NCBI GenBank assembly: GCA_030038395.1 | Contig: JASHOZ010000056.1 | Location: forward strand, 23,607 to 87,606 | Direction: 5' to 3' | Source: Nitrososphaerales archaeon | GTDB lineage: Archaea > Thermoproteota > Nitrososphaeria > Nitrososphaerales > Gagatemarchaeaceae | DNA length: 64,000 nucleotides | Shown: piece by piece, positions 9,673-17,494 of the stretch | How the letters are laid out: each line of letters opens with the position of its first letter | Numbering within the stretch: the first letter of the stretch is position 1 | Notes under the pieces: generated by a model | Seen by the model: the letters and a program-made list of their open reading frames with translations, nothing else | What the model was told of the DNA's origin: nothing | The model's database searches: none | Translations under genes and position numbers: made by a program

Positions 9673-10257
9673 CGGGGGTTCCGAAACGCGCTCATCGTCG
9701 TTGACGTTCAGAACGACTTCTGCGCGGGGGGCGCCCTCCCCGTCGGCCACGCCGACGAGATCGTCCCCCTCCTGAACAGTGTGATAGAGGGATTCGCTCG
9801 CGTTAGCCTTCCAATGTTCTTCACAAGAGACCTGCACCCCCGCAACCACGTGTCCTTCGTCGAGCGAGGCGGACGGTGGCCCCCCCACTGCGTACAAGGG
9901 ACCCGTGGGGCGGACTTCCATCCCAAGCTCGTCATCCCGAAAGGAGCAGCAGTGATAGACAAGGGGATGGGGGCGGACTTCGAAGCCTATTCGGGGTTCC
10001 AAGGGACGGACCTAGAGAGACGACTTAGAGACGAGAAGGTAGGGAGCGTCTACATCGGAGGACTCGCTACCGACTACTGCGTAAAGGAGACGGCAATCGA
10101 CGCGGTGGCGGCCGGGTTCAAGGCCTGGGTGATGCGAAACTGCGTGAGGGCAGTCGACCTCCGCCCCGGCGATTCCGAGGCGGCGCTGCAGAAGATGGCT
10201 GGCGAAGGCGTCAGCTTCACAACATCTCAGAAGGTCACGTCTTCGCTGGGCCGATGA
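9673..10257 (+). CDS. pncA: nicotinamidase/pyrazinamidase (isochorismatase fold); start codon unresolved
   Basis: 'ALIVVDVQNDFCAGGALPV' carries the catalytic Asp, 'WPPHCVQGTRGADFH' the metal site and 'GLATDYCV' the catalytic Cys. The homologous region begins at the codon right after the pncB TGA. The first in-frame canonical start (GTG 9781) would remove the catalytic Asp. Confidence 0.8.
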   Translation, partial: RGFRNALIVVDVQNDFCAGGALPVGHADEIVPLLNSVIEGFARVSLPMFFTRDLHPRNHVSFVERGGRWPPHCVQGTRGADFHPKLVIPKGAAVIDKGMGADFEAYSGFQGTDLERRLRDEKVGSVYIGGLATDYCVKETAIDAVAAGFKAWVMRNCVRAVDLRPGDSEAALQKMAGEGVSFTTSQKVTSSLGR

Positions 10258-10300
10258 AGCACCGCAGTTTTAATACCTCGGAAAGCTTCCTCATATCCGC

Positions 10301-11083
10301 ATGAAGTCGACGAGGAAACAGTCGCTGGGGCTGTACTTCTCTCCGACAGAAAGGAGCTTCCACATCGTCGTCAGGCTCAAGGACGTCCCCGGCGCGCTCA
10401 GCAGTGTGCTCGAGATTCTCAGGGGGCATGTGGACCTCGTGAGCAGCGTGAGTTACAGCGTGGAGAACGAAGGAGCGATATGGAGCGGGTTCGGGAAGTC
10501 GATATCGTCTTCTGACACGGCGGAGTCGCTCAGAAGGAAGATCGAAGGCCTGCCGATGGTCATCGAAAGCGAGGTGAAAGGCAGCGACGACGGGCTCCTG
10601 ATAGACTCGTTCCACTCTGGCCTGGAGGTCGCCCCCAATAGACCCGCCGTCGTCTTTCCGATCGTCGGCGTCGGCAGCATCTACGACCACCTCGCCAGAA
10701 TCCTCGGCACCGGCGGCGAGACCATAATGTTCGAGGAAGGCTGGGCGCTGGGGAAGTCCAGCGGTGACTACCTGAACTCGATGCTCGGGCCAGGGCGGCT
10801 GGAATGGAAGCTGAGGGCGCTCTTAGGGACATACGGTACCATCGGCTGGGGGGCCGCCACGCTGCGCGTGGAGAAGCCCGGAGAAGACTTCGCCGTCCAG
10901 ATTCGTGAGTGCATGGAGTGCTCTGGGAAGGGCAAAGAGAGGAAGGGGTGCAACCTCCTGCGCGGCACACTGACGGGCGCATTTACGACGCTGGCAGGAA
11001 AGGAGTTCAAGTGCGAAGAGACGAAGTGCAGGTTCGCAGGGTCGCCCTTCTGTGAGTTCAACCTACGGGCTAGCGCCGAGTAG
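10301..11083 (+). CDS. ACT-domain plus V4R-domain protein (putative small-molecule sensor)
   Basis: N-terminal ACT-like 'FHIVVRLKDVPGALSSVLEIL'. The C-terminal Cys pattern 'CMECSGKGKERKGCNLLRGTLTGAF...CRFAGSPFCEF' is typical of V4R domains. Confidence 0.55.
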   Translation: MKSTRKQSLGLYFSPTERSFHIVVRLKDVPGALSSVLEILRGHVDLVSSVSYSVENEGAIWSGFGKSISSSDTAESLRRKIEGLPMVIESEVKGSDDGLLIDSFHSGLEVAPNRPAVVFPIVGVGSIYDHLARILGTGGETIMFEEGWALGKSSGDYLNSMLGPGRLEWKLRALLGTYGTIGWGAATLRVEKPGEDFAVQIRECMECSGKGKERKGCNLLRGTLTGAFTTLAGKEFKCEETKCRFAGSPFCEFNLRASAE

Positions 11084-11404
11084 CGGACCGTCACGGACTT
11101 CGCTCTGCCCCGCTGAATTGCCTGGCACGCCAGCAATACTGTCATCATCCTGACCTTGTGGGCCAGTCCTGTTCGCCCGTCGTAGCACGCCGCGTGCCAG
11201 ACCGCGACGTCTTTCCTGGTTTTGTTATTTATCCGTTAACGGGCCACGGTTCCGCTTCGTCTTCTGGGCAGTGAGGTCAGAGCGCCTCACTTGAGCTGTC
11301 AGGATGGCTCAAGGCTCTAGAGTCGGATGGAGGGAGCCATCAGACAAACCGGAGTCCCTTGCCCCAAAAGAGCCATAAGTCTCACACGGCCCGTAAGGGG
11401 GTTG

Positions 11405-11824
11405 ATGAAGCGCGCGGCATGGATTCTGTTGGTTCTGGCTGTCGGTCTGCTCTTCCTCGCTGCTATCTTCTCCCGGCCGTGGACGCCAAGTTGCGCTTTC
11501 GGTTGCGGCTTCACCAGCTCCGCAGACGTGCAGGCCGGGCAAGCATCCTGCACCCCTTCTGAGACAGGGGGCGTCTGCGTGGTCCCAGTGGAGAACACCG
11601 GGGGAGCGGAGGCCGTGGCTGTGGGTTGTACCGTTCTCGACAACGGCACAAGTGTAGTCGGAAAGGTGGGTGGCACCACCACGTTTGCCGCCCCAACGCA
11701 GGCCTACGTGTCGTTCTCATGCGCTTTCATCGGCTCTGAACCAGTCTCGGGAGCTGAAATAGTTGGTGAGATTTTACTGAGTGATGGCCTCTCCGCCGTT
11801 CCGTTCTCGGGCACTTGGTCTTAG
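11405..11824 (+). CDS. hypothetical secreted/membrane-anchored protein
   Basis: The internal ATG gives the signal/anchor 'MKRAAWILLVLAVGLLFLAAIF'. No known domain. Confidence 0.45.
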   Translation: MKRAAWILLVLAVGLLFLAAIFSRPWTPSCAFGCGFTSSADVQAGQASCTPSETGGVCVVPVENTGGAEAVAVGCTVLDNGTSVVGKVGGTTTFAAPTQAYVSFSCAFIGSEPVSGAEIVGEILLSDGLSAVPFSGTWS

Positions 11825-11946
11825 GCTCTTCGAAGCTTCCTGTCTCTTAACCCCAGAGGAAGCGCCGAGTTAAACCGACACCGGCACGAAGCAGGACCAC
11901 CTCCCACTCATCAGGCTTTTATTCACGCAGGGCGTCTTGGACTCAC

Positions 11947-12387
11947 TTGGAAGAAGTCGAGTTCGTGAGCTGGTGGAAGGCACTCGCCGAAGACCCGGAC
12001 TACTACACGAACACGGAGCAGGGCCAGAAGGAGCTCGCCGAGATGATCCGCAAGGAATCGGAGAGGCTCCTGGAAGAGATCGGGCGGAACGTCAAGAGGA
12101 CCAAGGAGATCATCTGGCTCTCGCGATTCTGCAGGTCCTGTTCATACTACGGCGCCGACGGGCGCAAGATGAGCTGCAACCGCTGGAAAGTGAGGATAGT
12201 GAAGCCGTTCCACGGCCGGCCGATCTGGGGGAGCGTCCCTTCGGGGAAGGGCGACGGCGAGAAACAGTTGGTGGTAGAAGGGATCGACTGGGACGCGAAG
12301 TGGAGGGAGATATCGGAGAAGGTGGTCGAGATGTCGGTGGACATGGTGAACGGCGGCTACCCTTACTTCTGTTTCAAGAGCAAGTGA
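11947..12387 (+). CDS. hypothetical protein
   Basis: 146-aa ORF with a balanced, charged composition and a 'CRSCSYYG...C' cysteine cluster. No family recognised. TTG start. Confidence 0.4.
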   Translation: MEEVEFVSWWKALAEDPDYYTNTEQGQKELAEMIRKESERLLEEIGRNVKRTKEIIWLSRFCRSCSYYGADGRKMSCNRWKVRIVKPFHGRPIWGSVPSGKGDGEKQLVVEGIDWDAKWREISEKVVEMSVDMVNGGYPYFCFKSK

Positions 12388-12467
12388 CGAGAGAAGTAGC
12401 GTGACACTTCCAGGGGCTGCTCCCTCGGGCTGACTCTGCACCCTGCCCTTCCAGCCAAGCGTGGGAG

Positions 12468-13004
12468 GTGAACCGAATGATGCTGTCTCTGGGGGAACGA
12501 ATCAGGGCCAGGTTTCAGGAGCCACGTTCAGCCGTGCAGAGGCTCGGGATTTCAAAGGGCCAGACCGTAGCCGACATCGGCGCGGGCACGGGGTACTTCA
12601 CGGTCCCGGCCGCGCTCGAAGTAGGAGCCGGGGGGCTCGTGTACTCGGTCGAGCCTGACATCAGCCGGTGCGAAAAAGTCAGGCGCAGGGCATCGACAGA
12701 GAGACTGGAGAACGTACGGGTCATCAATTCAAAGGCCGAGCAGATGGGCGAGATACCCTCAGTCAGCGTCGACCTAGCGTTCTCGGCCTTCTCATTCCAT
12801 CACTTCGACGACAGGAGGGGAGGTGTCACTGAGATTAGAAGGACACTGAAGACTGGAGGCGTGTTCTATATCTGGGACAGGCGGCCCGGCGTCATCGTCA
12901 GTCACGGCACTCGCCCCGAGGAGCTCGGCAGCCTCTCCGACGGCTTCGCGAAGTTCGAACTCTTGGAGGCGGGGAGGACCGTAAGAGGGAGGTTCACGAA
13001 GTGA
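12468..13004 (+). CDS. class I SAM-dependent methyltransferase
   Basis: Motif I 'VADIGAGTGYFTVPAA', motif II-like 'VDLAFSAFSFHHF'. Confidence 0.75.
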   Translation: MNRMMLSLGERIRARFQEPRSAVQRLGISKGQTVADIGAGTGYFTVPAALEVGAGGLVYSVEPDISRCEKVRRRASTERLENVRVINSKAEQMGEIPSVSVDLAFSAFSFHHFDDRRGGVTEIRRTLKTGGVFYIWDRRPGVIVSHGTRPEELGSLSDGFAKFELLEAGRTVRGRFTK

Positions 13005-13056
13005 GGCAGACGAAGCATCCAAACTGTGAAACCACGAGAAATTAATATCACGGAGC

Positions 13057-13467
13057 GTGCGGGGAGCTCAAAGGTTGTTCTTCCATGTGACAGTGTCCGA
13101 CTACGACTTCGGGGCGCTGATTCTGAGGGTTACGGTCGGGACGCTGCTGGCTACGCATGGATATCCCAAGCTTACCTCGGGACTCAAAAGCGTGCACGAC
13201 TGGCTCGCCGCGGCCGGCATCCCAGGAGTACTGGGGCCATTGGTCGGCGTCCTCGAGTTTGCAGGAGGACTGTCGCTCGTAGTGGGATTCCTGACGCCCG
13301 TGGTGGCTGCGCTCTTCGTGCTCGAGTTCCTAGGAATAATCGCCACCGGGAAGAAGCTCGGGAAGTCCAAGTTCGGCGACTACGAGAAGGATCTGTTCTT
13401 CCTTGGTGCCGCCTTGGCCCTCGTGCTCTTGGGCGGCGGCAAGTATTCCGTCGACCGCCTGCTGTAA
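13057..13467 (+). CDS. DoxX-family membrane protein
   Basis: 136 aa with four TM helices. 'LILRVTVGTLLATHGYPKL' is a typical DoxX N-terminus. Confidence 0.7.
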   Translation: MRGAQRLFFHVTVSDYDFGALILRVTVGTLLATHGYPKLTSGLKSVHDWLAAAGIPGVLGPLVGVLEFAGGLSLVVGFLTPVVAALFVLEFLGIIATGKKLGKSKFGDYEKDLFFLGAALALVLLGGGKYSVDRLL

Positions 13468-13510
13468 GTCACTTGGACACACTCTACGCGCAGGCGGACG
13501 TCCTGTAGGC

Positions 13511-13987
13511 TCAGCCTGACCCTGCTTGCACGCGCCTGCAAGTCCCAGACTCGTGAGCCCTTGACAGTAACGAGTAGGCAAGCCCGACCAGAGCCTTTGA
13601 GGGCTTCGACTCCATAATCTGCGAAACAGTAGCTCCCCATGGGAGGGCTGTCATGAGGCTGGGCACCGCGTCCCCTCCGCTCCAGTGCTTCCCTTCTGGG
13701 GATACCAGATGGAACGACCTGAACCTCAGCGCAGGCGCGATGGTGGCGAGCATACCCGACCTGTCAGCCTCTACGAGTGAAGCAAACCCCAGACGATGCT
13801 TGGCGTCGAGGAACTCGACGAACTTCTTGAACCTCACGCACGGACCGCAGTCGTCGTCGTAGACAACGACGTACCGCTTCCCCTTCGACGTCTCGCGAGA
13901 GGCTGAGCGGGCAGGTCTTGCTCCATCAACACGCTCTGTCCAACTTCGGGCATCCTCGGCCCAGCCTTCCTCGGCCAACTCAGACAC
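13511..13987 (-). CDS. DCC-family thiol-disulfide oxidoreductase (DUF393)
   Basis: 'VVYDDDCGPCVRFKKFVEFLD' contains the DxxCxxC signature of the DCC family. Confidence 0.7.
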   Translation of the reverse strand: MSELAEEGWAEDARSWTERVDGARPARSASRETSKGKRYVVVYDDDCGPCVRFKKFVEFLDAKHRLGFASLVEADRSGMLATIAPALRFRSFHLVSPEGKHWSGGDAVPSLMTALPWGATVSQIMESKPSKALVGLAYSLLSRAHESGTCRRVQAGSG

Positions 13988-14000
13988 GACGGGCTTTCCC

Positions 14001-14192
14001 TTACAGCGAAAGGAAGATTAGGACCACCAGGATGATGATTATTATCACAAGTATTATCACGATGTGCGAGATGCCCCGCCGCACCGCCGAGCGTCCGCCC
14101 AGTGTCGTGAGCAGGCAGTTTGCCGTACCGGCGCAAAGACCAAAGACGGCTCCGAAGAGGACAGAGAGCGCCTCGGCGAAGGGCACTCTCAT
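14001..14192 (-). CDS. small hydrophobic protein co-transcribed with padR
   Basis: 63 aa with two predicted TM segments, including 'IVIILVIIIIILVVLIFL'. Its ATG overlaps the PadR stop at 14189-14192. Confidence 0.4.
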   Translation of the reverse strand: MRVPFAEALSVLFGAVFGLCAGTANCLLTTLGGRSAVRRGISHIVIILVIIIIILVVLIFLSL

Positions 14193-14665
14193 TGCTCTAT
14201 CAGCTCGGCGAGCTTGGACTGTGCTTCGTTGAGGATCTTGGTCGCCTGCTTGGCTTTCGCTTCGCTGATTCCGGGGAGCGCCGACATCGCGGTGCGCTGC
14301 AGGTCCCTGCCCGCCTTGATCATCTCCAACCTCTCATGGGGAACCCTCTTCTGGAATTCCATCAGCCTGTCCAGCTTCTGCTGGCCTTTGGCGAGAAACT
14401 TTTTCCCGGCCTCGTTGATTCTGTAGACTTTCTTTCCCCCATCCTCGGTGTTCGAACTCACCAGGCTCTCGTCTTCGAGCCACTGAAGGGTCGGATACAC
14501 CACGCCCGCGCTCGGGGCGTACATCCCCCCGAACATCTCGGAGATCTCCTTGATCACTTCGTACCCGTGCATGGGCTTCTGGCTCAGCGCCTTCAGGACG
14601 ATTACCCTCGCATCGCCCCGCTGCATCCATCTGTGCTGTCGCATCCAAGGTCCGCCGAACATCAT
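14189..14665 (-). CDS. PadR-family transcriptional regulator
   Basis: Winged-helix 'VIVLKALSQKPMHGYEVIKEISEMFGGMYAPSAGVVYPTLQWLEDESLV' and a C-terminal coiled-coil dimerisation region. Confidence 0.85.
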   Translation of the reverse strand: MMFGGPWMRQHRWMQRGDARVIVLKALSQKPMHGYEVIKEISEMFGGMYAPSAGVVYPTLQWLEDESLVSSNTEDGGKKVYRINEAGKKFLAKGQQKLDRLMEFQKRVPHERLEMIKAGRDLQRTAMSALPGISEAKAKQATKILNEAQSKLAELIEQ

Positions 14666-14695
14666 ATCGCGACATTACTTGATATATCGCGATAT
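14664..14695. promoter_or_regulatory. putative PadR operator/promoter: ATATCGCGA half-site over the start codon plus perfect 12-nt palindrome ATATCGCGATAT inside a TATA-like tract
   Basis: ATATCGCGA lies at 14664-14672 and overlaps the ATG at 14663-14665. ATATCGCGATAT lies at 14684-14695, with an AT-rich TATATAT tract 27-34 nt upstream of the ATG. This geometry implies a leaderless mRNA. Confidence 0.4.
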
Positions 14696-14793
14696 ATATC
14701 TTTCGGCCACTAGGTCGGCGAAGAATGGCGTCGTGCTCGCCAGCCTCCTCTTGCTCTAAGTCTTATATCGCATCAAATGGCCTGAAACTGCGT

Positions 14794-14908
14794 GGCCGCG
14801 GTGGTGTAGTCGGGTGGCGGATGCCACCGGCACAGCTTGGTTAACATAGGAGGCTGTGGAGCACGCGCAGTCACCTTTAGATCGTGGGTTCAAATCCCAC
14901 CCGCGGCC
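14794..14908 (+). tRNA. tRNA-His (anticodon GTG) with encoded G-1 and two insertions (D-loop ~14812-14836; anticodon loop ~14860-14872)
   Basis: Hand-folded. G-1 pairs with discriminator C73. Acceptor GCCGCGG/CCGCGGC. D-stem GTGT/ACAT encloses AGTC + 25 nt (hairpin GGTGGC-GGAT-GCCACC) + TTGGTTA. Anticodon stem GGAGG/CCTTT encloses CTGTGG + 13 nt + A. T-arm GTGGG-TTCAAAT-CCCAC. Confidence 0.8.
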
Positions 14909-15160
14909 CGCCTTGGTTCAAAGCAGCATGCCCAATAAATCGGCGACATATGCACGAACGACTCTTTTCCGCCTCTTAACTCGATTGTGATGTCAGGGCA
15001 TCCACTCCCATCGAACACGACGTCCTTGACAGTTCCAGTCACCTTCGCATCGCCTGTTACGACCTACTTCCCGAGAAGTTCATTCCTTCTGTACATCCTC
15101 TCGTCCGGTATGTTCCCCCACCTCCCGCGAGGGCCACGTTTGATACTGAACACGCCCACA

Positions 15161-15274
15161 CTAACCCGACTTCGTGCCACACTTCCCGTAGCATGCATCT
15201 TCTGCCGGGTACTGGGTTCCACACGCGGGGCAGAGTTTACGGGCCAGCGGTTGCCTGCCCAGAAGCTGGAACAC
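15161..15274 (-). CDS. 37-aa zinc-ribbon mini-ORF (CPACG ... CYGKCG) overlapping the 3' end of the upstream membrane-protein gene
   Basis: GTG at 15274, TAG at 15161-15163. Translation is MFQLLGRQPLARKLCPACGTQYPAEDACYGKCGTKSG. It is either an independent mini-protein or the displaced C-terminal zinc ribbon of the 364-aa protein. Confidence 0.3.
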   Translation of the reverse strand: MFQLLGRQPLARKLCPACGTQYPAEDACYGKCGTKSG

Positions 15275-16331
15275 CTGCTACAGGCTGACTCGAGACCTGA
15301 TCCGAAGCAGGCACCATCACCATGAGCTTCCCGAGGCCCTGTCCCTGCACAGCCATTCCCAAACACGCAGCCGCAATGAGCAGGAACCCTGCGACCACAA
15401 ACACGACCTCGGCGATCGCGGGCATGACGCCCTGAATGGGGGTGCTGCTGACGAAGCTCCAAAAACCGTATGCCGCCAGTTGCGAGAGAGAACTCCACAC
15501 CAACCCGATAGCAAATACAAGGGCGCCGACGAGCACTATGATGAATGAAGTCGCTACGGCGACGGCCCTGCTCTTCGCCATGACCGCATACGTCACGAGT
15601 CCAACGGTAGCTAGCATTACTGCCTCTCCAGTGAAATAGCTCCAGTCCAAAACACCAAGAGGGTTGAACAGGGAGTTGATGTTTTGGAGAAGGGGCGCAC
15701 TAAAGTTGCCGGATGTGCCGACGCTGGCCAGATACTGAAGGATGCCGTAGAACCCCCACTGTACACCAGTAGCCCCCACTGTATACCAGTACACTTGGAA
15801 CATAACCAGTATGCCAAAGATAAGTCCGAACATCGACCTCATGACTCTTGCAGAGAGTGTCTGCCCCCTAGAGATCGTAAATGTGACAATCAACATGACC
15901 CCCGCTATCAACGAGATGATGCCGCCGTCGATTACCGTGCTCAAGTCAGAGTAGCGGCAGCTAAATCCACATGTCGAGTAGAGTGAGATCATTCCGACTC
16001 CACTCAATACGAATGCTATTGCAGCAAGAAGAAGGACCGTCAGAACGGTTTTTTCTGGAAAGACCCCTCTTCTGGCCTGTGCTCCGCACACGATGATCAG
16101 GGCCGCCATCACGAGCATGAGAATTGCGGCCACAACCCCGAGGCCTAGCCAACCCAGGTCCCCCGCTGGCGCACCGCTGAGGTGCGGCACAAAATACCCG
16201 AATTCGATGAAGTAGGAGAAGACCCCGAACATGATGCCCAGACCGAGGAGCAACAGAGAGATGAAACCAATCATCCTAAAGTAGAACCCTAGGCTCTTCG
16301 TCTCGGGAACAGACGTTCCCATCGGTAGCAT
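15237..16331 (-). CDS. polytopic membrane protein, function unknown
   Basis: 364 aa with about 10 hydrophobic helices throughout. No recognised family. Confidence 0.6.
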   Translation of the reverse strand: MLPMGTSVPETKSLGFYFRMIGFISLLLLGLGIMFGVFSYFIEFGYFVPHLSGAPAGDLGWLGLGVVAAILMLVMAALIIVCGAQARRGVFPEKTVLTVLLLAAIAFVLSGVGMISLYSTCGFSCRYSDLSTVIDGGIISLIAGVMLIVTFTISRGQTLSARVMRSMFGLIFGILVMFQVYWYTVGATGVQWGFYGILQYLASVGTSGNFSAPLLQNINSLFNPLGVLDWSYFTGEAVMLATVGLVTYAVMAKSRAVAVATSFIIVLVGALVFAIGLVWSSLSQLAAYGFWSFVSSTPIQGVMPAIAEVVFVVAGFLLIAAACLGMAVQGQGLGKLMVMVPASDQVSSQPVAGVPASGQATAGP

Positions 16332-16346
16332 GGGTCAGTCCTTAAT

Positions 16347-16621
16347 TTAAAAACACGAGTCTGAAATGCTCGAGTGGAGCTTTTCACAGAGTCTGACGAG
16401 GGCTGACCATAGGTTGTGCCCCGGCTTCGCTAATCTGCAAGCCTGATGCCACCAGAGGACCTCGCCTGTCTCGACTGGCTCCCAGCCGTACCTCTCCACA
16501 GTGCCTTCATACCTGATGGAGGCGCCTAAGGCAGGGTGCTCGTAGTCGACGCGGGACGAGAGGAACCCCCATGACTCGCTCGTAGGGGGACCATCTTCTC
16601 ATCCACGAAAGTCCTCTTCAT
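16347..16621 (-). pseudogene. possible ~91-codon ORF interrupted by a 1-nt shift at a homopolymer
   Basis: ATG at 16619-16621 opens 'MKRTFVDEKMVP'. A 75-codon open frame (…SWGFLSSRVDYEHPALGASIRYEGTVERYGWEPVETGEVLWWHQ…) ends at TAA 16347-16349. The two join if one base is added in the G5 run at 16585-16589 or the C5 run at 16566-16570 (plus strand). Confidence 0.25.
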
Positions 16622-16900
16622 CCTCCCCCGACCACATCGACTCCGTCGCAGTCAGAAGCGACTTTGGCCGCTGCCTGATTGCCCGTGGTATTGGGGGTAC
16701 TCTATACCGCGGGCACTACCAAGGCTAGCCCGAGATGTCAGAGCGTCCAACATCACCAAAGCTACCAGGCTCAAAATCCTACCGGCATCCCCACTCACCA
16801 ATTTGTTCATTCTCGAGTAAAGTCCCACCCACGGTCCGCCCTCCTGAACTGCCACTCATGCGGCAAACCCCCGGACTGATGTCATCAGAGGGATAAGAGC

Positions 16901-17368
16901 CTACGCCAGCGCCTTCTTGATTGCCTCGAAGTCTGGTAGCTTCCCCGGCTCAGGCGCGACCCACTTGAAGGTGATCTTCCCGCGGCCGTCCACCAGGAAA
17001 ATTGCCCTGTTAGCGACGTCGTAGCCTTCGACGCCTCCGAGGTTATTCCAGACGACCCCGTACCTCCGGATTACGTCACGCTTGAAGTCGCAAAGCAGGG
17101 GGAACGTTAGACCGTTCTTCTCGGCGAAGGCCTTCTGTGCAAAGGGCGCGTCCACAGATATCCCGACGACGTTCCCCTTCAGCTTCTCGAGCTCCCCATA
17201 CATGTCCCTGAAGGTGCACATTTCCTGAGTGCAGACCCCGGTGAACGCTCCGGGATAGAAGGCGAATACCGTCTTGCGACCCTCAACCAGGAACTCTGCA
17301 CTCTTCCTGACCTTCCTGTCTTGGTCATATAGCGCGAACTCGGGCGCAGTGTCACCCAGTCCCGGCAT
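16901..17368 (-). CDS. peroxiredoxin (AhpC/TSA-Bcp type)
   Basis: 155 aa. The peroxidatic Cys context is 'FYPGAFTGVCTQEMC'. Confidence 0.85.
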   Translation of the reverse strand: MPGLGDTAPEFALYDQDRKVRKSAEFLVEGRKTVFAFYPGAFTGVCTQEMCTFRDMYGELEKLKGNVVGISVDAPFAQKAFAEKNGLTFPLLCDFKRDVIRRYGVVWNNLGGVEGYDVANRAIFLVDGRGKITFKWVAPEPGKLPDFEAIKKALA

Positions 17369-17494
17369 TCTGCCTGCTGTCCTAGCCCCTCTGCTTTAAG
17401 TTTGTGCGGGGCGGTCGTGTGGGAACCGTTGGGCCGCCTTGGCTTCCGACAGGCTGAAGCTCTATCTAGAACGAGCTCATTGGACTCCGCGTTG

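Noticed and set aside
8487-9704. 405-aa ORF in an alternative frame of pncB
   Set aside because: It has the same length as pncB because stop codons are rare in GC-rich DNA. The translation is Arg/Gly/Glu-rich with no motif, whereas the 8455 frame gives a coherent NAPRTase.
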